From the IMG/VR virus record IMGVR_UViG_3300008450_000043, positions 1 to 59,827 of that record: a stretch of 59,827 nt of DNA, one strand, 5' to 3'. The translations under genes and the position numbers were made by a program. The notes under the pieces are model-generated. The model did no database searches. It had not been told where the DNA came from and worked only from the letters and a program-made list of their open reading frames with translations. This document shows positions 8,565-16,150 of the stretch, piece by piece. Within the stretch, counting starts at the first letter, position 1, and the number at the start of each line of letters is the position of its first letter. This DNA is from a virus. Taxonomy: Duplodnaviria > Caudoviricetes.

Positions 8565-10741
8565 ACTTTCCAACTATTAAGAATCTGATCTCCACGGCAG
8601 TCGTCCCGATGACGCTACCGCCGACGCCATTCCCGGCTCTCCCAACCTTCAGAGACAAGGAGGCTTACAGGCAATGGTGTGTGGAACCCACCACAGAACA
8701 CGTGTTCTACACGCTGTTTGAGGGGGTCAACCCATCTCAACGTCCGGGAGTTCACGAGAACCCTCCCTATATCATGCTAGGCTTTGCCGCAGACTACGAC
8801 GGGGCAGGCATTGAGCCGGAGAAGGTGGTAGAGAAGTGCAAAAAGAAATCCATCCGCATCCGCCCAACATGGGTGACCACCACTTTCTCAAACAAGGTGC
8901 GAGTCATCTGGGAGTTTGAAGAGCCCATCATGCTGCCGGAAGAGCCCAAGAATCAAAGCAAGCTCATTCGAGCGATCGCCAAAGAGCTGGAGGCTCCTAC
9001 TTTGGCTCCGGGGTTTGACGAAGCCAGCTACAAACCCACAGAGATGTGGGAGTTGGGACGTGCTTGGGAACGTGTGAGCTCAACTCCAGTTCCCAAAGAC
9101 ACGATCGCCAGCGCCTGCCTCTCGGTCCTTGGCCGTCTGATTCATGAATCAGAGAACGGAGACGTGGTGATTCCTCTCGACGTTGTTGCTGCGGAACTGG
9201 AGAAGAAGTTCCCAGCTTTCAAAGCCCGCTGGACAGCAGACTTTGCCGCAGGAGCACGTGGCCCGCTATTCTGGGTGGACGACGGCATTGACCGCGTGGG
9301 GTGCGTTGTGACCGAGGTCGGTATGCGTGCCTTCTCAACACGCTCTACCAAGGGCATGATGACATGGGCGGACCTACTGGGGAAGGAGTTCGTCAAAGAG
9401 TTCACCCAAAAGCGGCTGGCTGAAGCCGCAGGGGATGCCTACTACGACGCTTCCACCGGTGATTACTGCATCTACACAAACAAGGTCTGGCAAGCCTACA
9501 ACAAGGACAACTTTCTCATGCGACTCAAGGTAGGTGGAATCAGCCACCGACTGAAACCCGGCCAGACGGCAACCGACGCAGAGCAAGTCTTGATGCTGGT
9601 GCAAGAGACCCGCCGGGTAATGGGAGCTGCACCGTTCATGTTCAACAAGGAGCCAGTGGTCAAACACGGCGGCGGTCGTATGCTCAACACGGCATCGCAA
9701 GATGTGGTCATGCTACCCGCAGAGAAGGCCACTCCAGCAGACTTCCCTTGGCTGCATGAGTTCTTCAACAACATCTTCGACCCGGCTCCTGTGGCTGGAT
9801 GCCACGCACGGGACTACTTCTTTGCTTGGCTGCAACGCTTCTACCGTGCAGCCTTGGACGGTGTTCCCCGTCTTGGACAGATGATGCTGATTGCTGGTCC
9901 TCCGGGACAAGGCAAGAGCTTCATGAGCGTCAAGATGATGAGAACCATCTTTGGCCTAGCAGCCGATGCGGGCAACTACATGCTGGAGGGCAAGTCCTTC
10001 AACAAGGAGCTGGCCTCAGTGAACGTGTGGTTTGTGGACGACTCCAAAAGTGCCACCAACTTCTCGGACCACCGTCGCTTCTCAGAAATGCTCAAGAAGC
10101 ACGTGGCGTCACCCGAACTGGTCTATCACCCAAAGTTTGTGGATGCCATCACTTTGACATGGTTCGGCCGCATCTGCATGACCTGCAACGATGATAGTGA
10201 CTCCATTGCAATCGTGCCGCAACTCGACGGGTCTATCCTCGACAAGATCATGTTGTTGAAGTGTAGCAACTGGAAGGCAAAGTTTGGAACCTTGCAGGAA
10301 AACGACGAGATGCTGGAGAAGGAGCTTCCTTTCTTCCTGCGCTGGCTGCTCGACTGGAAACCGCCGATCGGCGTCATGAACCCTCTGTCACCTCGCTACG
10401 GAGTTCACAGTTACCACCACCCTGACCTTGTCCGCAGCGCCCGAGACAGCTCCCCTGACCACCGCTTTGTGGAAGTCTTGGAAGCTTGGCGTCCAGAAGC
10501 TCTACGCATGGTTCCGGCTGGTGGGTCAACTGAGTGGGTCGGCTCCACCACAGACCTGATCATGAGTATCAATTCTGAACCAACCCTTGCTTCTGTGATG
10601 CGGAGTTACACGCCAGTAGCGGTTGGACGCATCATGGGCAAGATCAAGGAGTACTACGCTCCGCTGGTGAAAGTCGGTATCACTGGAGGCTTGACCAAAT
10701 ACCATATTGACCTGAAACGTCCTCTGGATGCCAAGGATTGA
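8561..10741 (+). CDS. Primase/PrimPol-like domain plus SF3-type helicase
   Basis: N-terminal ADYD and TTFSNKVRVIWEF; Walker A GPPGQGKS, Walker B WFVDD, TCN; follows PolA with ATGA overlap. Confidence 0.8.
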   Translation: MNFPTIKNLISTAVVPMTLPPTPFPALPTFRDKEAYRQWCVEPTTEHVFYTLFEGVNPSQRPGVHENPPYIMLGFAADYDGAGIEPEKVVEKCKKKSIRIRPTWVTTTFSNKVRVIWEFEEPIMLPEEPKNQSKLIRAIAKELEAPTLAPGFDEASYKPTEMWELGRAWERVSSTPVPKDTIASACLSVLGRLIHESENGDVVIPLDVVAAELEKKFPAFKARWTADFAAGARGPLFWVDDGIDRVGCVVTEVGMRAFSTRSTKGMMTWADLLGKEFVKEFTQKRLAEAAGDAYYDASTGDYCIYTNKVWQAYNKDNFLMRLKVGGISHRLKPGQTATDAEQVLMLVQETRRVMGAAPFMFNKEPVVKHGGGRMLNTASQDVVMLPAEKATPADFPWLHEFFNNIFDPAPVAGCHARDYFFAWLQRFYRAALDGVPRLGQMMLIAGPPGQGKSFMSVKMMRTIFGLAADAGNYMLEGKSFNKELASVNVWFVDDSKSATNFSDHRRFSEMLKKHVASPELVYHPKFVDAITLTWFGRICMTCNDDSDSIAIVPQLDGSILDKIMLLKCSNWKAKFGTLQENDEMLEKELPFFLRWLLDWKPPIGVMNPLSPRYGVHSYHHPDLVRSARDSSPDHRFVEVLEAWRPEALRMVPAGGSTEWVGSTTDLIMSINSEPTLASVMRSYTPVAVGRIMGKIKEYYAPLVKVGITGGLTKYHIDLKRPLDAKD

Positions 10742-10923
10742 TCCCTTCTCCCAGCATGGACGAAGCTCAAGAACAACTCCGCAAAGAGATCATTGCTGCC
10801 ATGTGGCGGTATGGCATGGAGTCTGATCTAAGCTTCATTGAGATCATCCAAGCTGCTCACCAAGCGGTAGAGCAGCTCACGCAGACAGCTATCAGGGCGA
10901 ACAATGACTCGGAAGATCTTTGA
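10738..10923 (+). CDS. Small hypothetical protein
   Basis: ORF overlapping the helicase stop; start uncertain. Confidence 0.5.
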   Translation: MIPSPSMDEAQEQLRKEIIAAMWRYGMESDLSFIEIIQAAHQAVEQLTQTAIRANNDSEDL

Positions 10924-11488
10924 GATGGGCAAAGAGCGCATTGGCAGCACGCTGCCCGTGTAGCTCTCGCTCAAGCTCAAGGGCTTCGGTCAAGATAGCA
11001 GAAGCCCGGCTTGGGCTTACACGCCACCTCTGAGGGTCTTTGAGGTGCTCGACGAGCCACTGAATCCGTCGAGACCTCCACGCCCGCTCAAGTTCACGGT
11101 AGGCACCAAAAACGACGGACACCGGTTGGAACTGTCTCAACTCATTGAAGACAAAGTCGGCAGCCTCAGCAAACCCAGCACGGTCTTTTTTCCAAAAACA
11201 GTGGAGCCGCTTCCAGCAAAGCCCCCTTCGATCGGCACGAAAAGGAGTGTCGGAGGGCAACATGGCAAGCGCCCTCTTGACGACATCGTCAGCCTTCGAG
11301 GCAGCCCGGGCCAAAGACTCAGGGCTCCGGCGGTACTTATGGGCTTGCCCAGCTCGCTTAGCAGCTGCCGCGGCACGCAACTGGTTGACCCTCAAACGGG
11401 TTTCCTCAGACCGAGGTCGGTATGGCCCACGTTTCTTGACATGGGTTGCTGTGGATTGTAGATTCAGGGTAGCTTCAGCGTCGGTCAT
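10892..11488 (-). CDS. Basic hypothetical protein with NUMOD3-like segments
   Basis: ATG at 11488 (MTDAEA); RPRSEETR and RRSPESLAR resemble NUMOD3 DNA-binding repeats. Confidence 0.55.
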   Translation of the reverse strand: MTDAEATLNLQSTATHVKKRGPYRPRSEETRLRVNQLRAAAAAKRAGQAHKYRRSPESLARAASKADDVVKRALAMLPSDTPFRADRRGLCWKRLHCFWKKDRAGFAEAADFVFNELRQFQPVSVVFGAYRELERAWRSRRIQWLVEHLKDPQRWRVSPSRASAILTEALELERELHGQRAANALFAHLKDLPSHCSP

Positions 11489-11589
11489 AGAGGTGACAGG
11501 GGATGTTGGAGTTAGGGCGTCGAAGGTTGGACGGAGCCTTCGACGCCCGCACTTTTTACTAAACCAAGGGGCGGGAGGAGGCAAATCAA

Positions 11590-12045
11590 TTTTTAAGGGT
11601 GGTAAGGTCTATGTAAGTCCAAAAAGGTCCAAAAGTAGCCAAAAACAGGTGGGGATAAGGGTCAAAAAAGGGGGAGATACGGCTCCGAGGGGGGGATTTT
11701 TCGGGGTAAAAAAAGCTATCTCCACCTGTGGTTTTTCCTTGAGTATCAAAGGAAAACCCCTGTTTTCTGAAATCAATATGGGGGAGTTGGGGTCGTTTCA
11801 AAACGCTGGCTTTGGAGAGCTTTTTTGCAAGGTGGGGGAGACGCTATTTCCCTATATATTTTACTCTAAAGCTATCAAATAAAAACAACCCCACCTAACC
11901 CCCCTTAAAACCTTCTGACACTAGGGAAACCCGAAATCAATTTACTGAGCCGAATCCCCCACTTTGCCACCTTTTTGAGGTCTATCCCCCCCTATTTTGA
12001 AACCCATCCCCACCTCTTGCTTAGTCTCATCCCCACCTCTTGACT
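11590..12045. other. Putative replication origin / non-coding control region
   Basis: GGTGGGG-type motifs (11649, 11831) left and CCCCACC (11889, 12008, 12031) right of an AT-rich core at about 11851-11886; lies downstream of the primase-helicase. Confidence 0.5.
11733..11749. repeat. 17-bp repeat TTTTCCTTGAGTATCAA, copy 1
   Basis: Identical to 12881-12897; here embedded in a larger inverted repeat TTTTCCTTGA-GTA-TCAAAGGAAAA. Confidence 0.75.
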
Positions 12046-12077
12046 TTGCTGAGCTCGTAGCTCACCTTCAGGTCTCT

Positions 12078-12698
12078 ATGAACTCTACCTCCGTTAAAGA
12101 ACTTCTGACTGCTGCCTACTATAAACTCCGGGATACCTATCGAGCTAAAGGAATCCCCTTCTACCTAACCGTTGCCCAGTTCGGGCGCATCAGCTCTTAT
12201 TGCGTTGACCCCGCGCTCCCCAAGCAGCCTACCCTAGAAGAGTATCTTGCTACCCTGCCAGAAGGCTCCCCGTTTCCAGAAGTCGTTCTTTCTGCTGAGG
12301 CGACCCAAGCCACGAGCAAGACCTTGTTCTGGAAGTTTGTCTCTGAGACGGGTGCGCCCGCCCCAGAGCCAGAAGAGCCCCCGACTGAAGTAATCACTCT
12401 TCCGCCCAAGCCCCCGGCACCTTCGGTCGAAAAACCACAAACTACCCGGAACCCACGGCTTATGGCCTACTTTGCTACCCTGCGCCAGCGCATTGACGGG
12501 TCTGGTGTTCCATTCCGCATCTCTCTTGATGATCTTGGTAAAGTCCCTCACCGGCTGCGGGGCGAGTCTTTCCCCCTGCGTCAAGGTTTGCTGGAGATGC
12601 CCGCCCACTTTCCACCGATTGTAACGATGCTCAACCGCGCCCGAGGATTTGCCCTTGGCAATCTCGTCTGGGAAGCAAACGGCTACGTTGAGGCTTAG
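12078..12698 (+). CDS. Hypothetical protein with duplicated degenerate HNH-associated module
   Basis: KGIPFYLTVAQF and SGVPFRISLDDL repeats; C-terminal LNRARGFALGNLVW resembles the D..KGY..GNV.W motif without His. Confidence 0.6.
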   Translation: MNSTSVKELLTAAYYKLRDTYRAKGIPFYLTVAQFGRISSYCVDPALPKQPTLEEYLATLPEGSPFPEVVLSAEATQATSKTLFWKFVSETGAPAPEPEEPPTEVITLPPKPPAPSVEKPQTTRNPRLMAYFATLRQRIDGSGVPFRISLDDLGKVPHRLRGESFPLRQGLLEMPAHFPPIVTMLNRARGFALGNLVWEANGYVEA

Positions 12699-12795
12699 TC
12701 CTTCGTGCCCTTTCTCCTTCTTGCCCTGTGCTTTGACTCTAGGTATTTAACCTACTATGGCTACTTAATTTACCTACCAGGGTATAAAAGACCCA

Positions 12796-12870
12796 AAATT
12801 TTTTTCAGACCGTAACGCCCCTACCCGCGCGCCCGCCCGCGCCCCCCTGCCCCCCACCGGTGGTGGTCTG
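12796..12870. other. Candidate genome terminus / packaging-site region
   Basis: AAAATTTTTTT followed by a C-run/GC-rich tract, non-coding, just before the first early-type gene. Confidence 0.35.
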
Positions 12871-12880
12871 TTTTTGTAGA

Positions 12881-12897
12881 TTTTCCTTGAGTATCAA
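12881..12897. repeat. 17-bp repeat TTTTCCTTGAGTATCAA, copy 2
   Basis: Identical to 11733-11749. Confidence 0.75.
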
Positions 12898-13078
12898 CGA
12901 AAAAGTCGCCGTTTCCCTCGTGCCGTTGGCTCCTGAGGCCAACGGTTAGGCTAGGCTAACATTCTGAGGAGCGGGGAAAATTGGCCTAGTGAATTGCCTA
13001 GGGAATGAGGGCTGTACGAAGGAGAAAAAGGTGCTCCGACCAGTAATAGATGAAGGGTGACAGCATCGGCAAGACGCC

Positions 13079-13093
13079 GTTGCACCCTGTAAC
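13079..13093 (+). repeat. GTTGCA-N3/4-TGCAAC palindrome family member
   Basis: GTTGCA CCC TGTAAC upstream of first early gene. Confidence 0.7.
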
Positions 13094-13125
13094 AAAACAA
13101 CACTGCAACATAGAACCAAAACAAC

Positions 13126-13671
13126 ATGAAAACCAACAAGACCAACACCACCGCCGCCCTCACCGCCAATGCAATCACCGCCAAGGCTACCGCCAGCATC
13201 CTTGCGTCTCTCCTCGAAGATTCTGCCTCCACGATCAAAAAATCCACCCGCCTCCATGAGGTAGCGATTCCCGAGCGCATCACCGACGAGACGGTAAGAG
13301 CTGCAATCCTTGAAGCCGATGCACGCTTCGAAGGCTCTGTCCTCCTATCGGAGGGCATCCAGTCTCAACAAAATGCCGCCGTTCTCCAGTGGAAGAAAGC
13401 GGGCCTCACGAAGAAGGAGGCAAGCGAGCGCTGCAAGACACTATGTCTTGCCATGGGCAAGTCGGAGGAGAACGCTAGGTGCATCGCCTCCCGTGCGATG
13501 GCCTCAGCGGGTTATGAAAAAGACGTGAAGAAGGCGAAGGCCAGAAGCTCCAGAACAGAGAAGTCCAAGCGCACCATTGAACAAGCCTTGTTGGCGTATG
13601 CCATGAAGGCGCTCAAGTCGGAGAAAAAGGCGAAAGCTGCTCTCCTCGCCGCCGCCGCCCTCGTGAAATAA
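13126..13671 (+). CDS. Hypothetical early protein (Ala/Lys-rich)
   Basis: ATG after A/C-rich leader AACCAAAACAAC. Confidence 0.75.
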   Translation: MKTNKTNTTAALTANAITAKATASILASLLEDSASTIKKSTRLHEVAIPERITDETVRAAILEADARFEGSVLLSEGIQSQQNAAVLQWKKAGLTKKEASERCKTLCLAMGKSEENARCIASRAMASAGYEKDVKKAKARSSRTEKSKRTIEQALLAYAMKALKSEKKAKAALLAAAALVK

Positions 13672-13674
13672 CCC

Positions 13675-13790
13675 GTTGCATCTTGCAACACATCATCCCT
13701 GCCCCGTTGTAACCTTGCAACGGGGCAGGTTTGCTCTCCCTTCTGGTCATCGGCAATGATTGCCTTGTGGTCAGAATATGACAGCAAACC
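13675..13790 (+). promoter_or_regulatory. Composite intergenic element copy 1: palindrome + terminator-like hairpin + long GU-containing hairpin
   Basis: GTTGCA TCT TGCAAC (13675-89); hairpin 13698-13729; GGTTTGCT..TTCTGGTCAT C GGCAA TGA TTGCC TT GTGGTCAGAA..AGCAAACC (13728-13790). Confidence 0.7.
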
Positions 13791-13805
13791 AAGCAAACCA
13801 AACCA

Positions 13806-13958
13806 ATGAGAAAACTCAAGTTAACCCCAAGAGCCTACGACAGGCTCTTCAATGACAAGGACAAGGACCCCGCCGCAGTGTTGCAACCCCGCAACACTGC
13901 ATCACCAAAGCCCTCCATCAACAACCCGTTCAACCAACTCCAACTCATCAAGCCATGA
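13806..13958 (+). CDS. 50-aa hypothetical protein (not in ORF track)
   Basis: MRKLKLTPRAYDRLF...; A/C leader; ATGA overlap with next gene. Confidence 0.55.
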   Translation: MRKLKLTPRAYDRLFNDKDKDPAAVLQPRNTASPKPSINNPFNQLQLIKP

Positions 13959-14179
13959 ACAAAGCCCGCGCTCTCATCACCGCCGTAGTCAACCGTGCCA
14001 TCGCCAATGGCATGCCCATTGTCACGGAGATTGCCCCGCCACGTGCGGGAATATCCCGCTATCCGTCCGCCCGAGTCACTGACCGGGTAGAAGATATGAT
14101 GCCCCGAATCAGGGCCGCGAAGCAGGCCCGGCATCTCACGAAGCCGGGCAGGAGTGCCACGCACTTCGAGGAACCGTGA
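13955..14179 (+). CDS. Hypothetical protein
   Basis: ATGA-coupled ORF. Confidence 0.6.
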   Translation: MNKARALITAVVNRAIANGMPIVTEIAPPRAGISRYPSARVTDRVEDMMPRIRAAKQARHLTKPGRSATHFEEP

Positions 14180-14189
14180 ACCGTGAACC

Positions 14190-14299
14190 GTTGCAACCTT
14201 GCAACACTGCAACCCCGTAGCAGGCAAACCCTGCTACGGGGATTGCTTTTCGTTCTGGTCATCGGGCAATCCTGCCTTGTGATCAGAACTCGAAAGCAA
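14190..14299 (+). promoter_or_regulatory. Composite intergenic element copy 2
   Basis: GTTGCA ACCT TGCAAC (14190-205); hairpin CCCCGTAGCAGG-CAAAC-CCTGCTACGGGG (14213-41); TTGCTTTTCG TTCTGGTCAT C GGGCA ATCC TGCCT T GTGATCAGAA CT CGAAAGCAA (14243-99). Confidence 0.7.
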
Positions 14300-14317
14300 A
14301 CAAACCAGACAAACATC

Positions 14318-14503
14318 ATGAACATGCAACTCATCCTCAGCCCCGCCAAAGATGGCGCGGACATCAAAGCCGTCACCGTCGCCATGTGTGGCGGATTCCG
14401 CCTCGCCCCCGGCGAGGTTGCCGTTCCTGCCCCGGCAGGTCTCACACTCGACATGATTCGTGCCGCCTACCGGGCGCTGCGCATCCCTGTCTTTGTCCTG
14501 TGA
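14318..14503 (+). CDS. Hypothetical protein
   Basis: ATG after ACAAACATC leader. Confidence 0.6.
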   Translation: MNMQLILSPAKDGADIKAVTVAMCGGFRLAPGEVAVPAPAGLTLDMIRAAYRALRIPVFVL

Positions 14504-14571
14504 CCAATCTCCCGGTGTTGCAATCCGTAACACCGGACAAACCAAACCAAACCAGAACCAGACAAACCAAC

Positions 14572-15219
14572 ATGAATACAATCGAACAATGGAAACAAGC
14601 CGTCGCCGCTGGCGAAACTGAACAAAGCTTTGACGCATGGTCTCAGGACCAAGCATCGAAGTCCATGGAGTCTCTGCTCCCCGCCATCACCTACCCGGCG
14701 GCCGAACCACCGCGCATTCTCAAGCACCGCGACAACACCTTCGTGGTCTCCTACAAGCGGAAGTACCCGGAGCGAATGTCGTTCCGCGAAGCCGTGGCAA
14801 TCCTCAAGCAGTGGAAGGATGCCGGGGTTGTCGTCCCGGCTGAGAAGTGGCGGGGGCATGCCCTGTCCATTGCCCCCAGTGAGATCAACACGGAGAAGCC
14901 CCGCGAGTCCTCCACCATGCACGGCGAGGTGTGGGCCTCGGTCGTGCTGGCCGGGGGTCCCGGTTTCGATTCCCACCATCTCAAGTGGTGGGCAAAGGTT
15001 GACGGCAAGTACCTCAAGGTGGAGGTGGAGATCGCGCCCAAGTGGGAGTGGCTGCCCACCGTGGAGACGAAGTACGAGCAAGGCGAAGCCATCTCGTCCA
15101 AGGTGACGCCACGTAGTCTTGGCGAAGACTCCATGGTCAAGTGGTGGACGCCGCCCGGCGGCTATCGGTTGGAGTATTGCTGGGCGGACAGCCATAACTT
15201 TGAAGCGTTCGCATCATGA
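14572..15219 (+). CDS. Hypothetical protein, 215 aa
   Basis: ATG at 14572 after (AAACC)n leader; coding-like codon usage. Confidence 0.75.
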   Translation: MNTIEQWKQAVAAGETEQSFDAWSQDQASKSMESLLPAITYPAAEPPRILKHRDNTFVVSYKRKYPERMSFREAVAILKQWKDAGVVVPAEKWRGHALSIAPSEINTEKPRESSTMHGEVWASVVLAGGPGFDSHHLKWWAKVDGKYLKVEVEIAPKWEWLPTVETKYEQGEAISSKVTPRSLGEDSMVKWWTPPGGYRLEYCWADSHNFEAFAS

Positions 15220-15380
15220 AGCTCGCCCGGTTCCTCATCACCTACACGGTGGCGGGGCGGACATATCACATCACCATGCCGGGGCTCTCCGCCTCGCATG
15301 TGTGGCGTGAGTGGAACCGCCCCAAGTCAACGCTCGTTGATGTCGTCGAGTGCGATCGTCACGGCGTTGCCCTGACCTAG
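15216..15380 (+). CDS. 54-aa hypothetical protein (not in ORF track)
   Basis: MKLARFLITYTVAG...; ATGA overlap; palindrome follows the stop. Confidence 0.55.
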   Translation: MKLARFLITYTVAGRTYHITMPGLSASHVWREWNRPKSTLVDVVECDRHGVALT

Positions 15381-15463
15381 CAGGTCGTTGCAACACTGCA
15401 ACACGGATGCTGGCTCTCCGTCCAACAAACCAGCACACTTTCGTGAGGCTATCCCTCACCGTC

Positions 15464-15490
15464 CCGCATGACGGCAAACTGCCGAGACCA
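15464..15490 (+). repeat. 27-bp direct repeat copy 1 (CCGCATGACGGCAAACTGCCGAGACCA)
   Basis: Identical to 15703-15729; contains CGGCA-AAC-TGCCG hairpin. Confidence 0.85.
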
Positions 15491-15497
15491 CACACTT

Positions 15498-15710
15498 ATG
15501 ACCACCATGAAACGCACCTACAATACCCCGACCCCGTACGCTGGGTTGCCTCCGAGCAAGCCCGCCCTTGCTGGAAAAGAGTTGCTCCACAAACTGGAAG
15601 ACGATTACCAAGACTATCGCCACTCCTGCAACAACGGGTACTGCAAATCTGACCCCACCATCCATGCGGACTTTAAGCGCCGAATTGCTGATGCCGTCGG
15701 TTCCGCATGA
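15498..15710 (+). CDS. Hypothetical protein bracketed by 27-bp repeats
   Basis: ATG 15498; stop lies inside repeat copy 2. Confidence 0.6.
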   Translation: MTTMKRTYNTPTPYAGLPPSKPALAGKELLHKLEDDYQDYRHSCNNGYCKSDPTIHADFKRRIADAVGSA

Positions 15711-15729
15711 CGGCAAACTGCCGAGACCA
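15703..15729 (+). repeat. 27-bp direct repeat copy 2
   Basis: Identical to 15464-15490. Confidence 0.85.
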
Positions 15730-15759
15730 ACAAACCAAACAAACAAACAAACAAACATC

Positions 15760-15978
15760 ATGACTGCTAACCCTATCTCCTACAACTCCGACGGAACCTG
15801 CTCGTGGGTTCACCAACCCGGTGACCTATACGTTGTCACAGGCACCACGCGGGATGGCCGAAGGTTCCGCCAAGTCCACGCCACATGGGGCATGGCCCGT
15901 GGAATCAACCTTTGGAACGGCACCAAGTGGCTGTTCCGGGATGGCCGCCGGTTCCGCATCAGCCGAACGATCAACTAG
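15760..15978 (+). CDS. Hypothetical protein
   Basis: ATG after (CAAA)n leader. Confidence 0.65.
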   Translation: MTANPISYNSDGTCSWVHQPGDLYVVTGTTRDGRRFRQVHATWGMARGINLWNGTKWLFRDGRRFRISRTIN

Positions 15979-16000
15979 CTAGCAAGCTTTGACAAAGCCG

Positions 16001-16029
16001 TTGACAGGTTGTCATATCTAACCTATGAT
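16001..16029 (+). promoter_or_regulatory. Near-consensus sigma70 promoter
   Basis: TTGACA-N17-TATGAT; overlapped by inverted repeat GGTTGTCATA/TATGATGACC. Confidence 0.75.
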
Positions 16030-16150
16030 GACCTCTCACTGGCAAGAATTGCCGACCTACAAGAGGCCCGACGCCTCCTCTCGTAGGCTGCGACACCGCA
16101 ACAAGGCTGCCGCGAAACCAACAAACCAAACTGATAGAAACCAAACAAAC

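Noticed and set aside
11145-11882. 245-aa plus-strand ORF
   Set aside because: Overlaps the minus-strand gene and the homopolymer-rich origin-like region; no protein-like features
15460-15729. Hammerhead ribozyme (..ATGA-stem-GAGAC resembles CUGAUGA-stem-GAAAC)
   Set aside because: Core has CGCAUGA and GAGA instead of CUGANGA and GAAA; no stems I/III with a cleavage triplet seen
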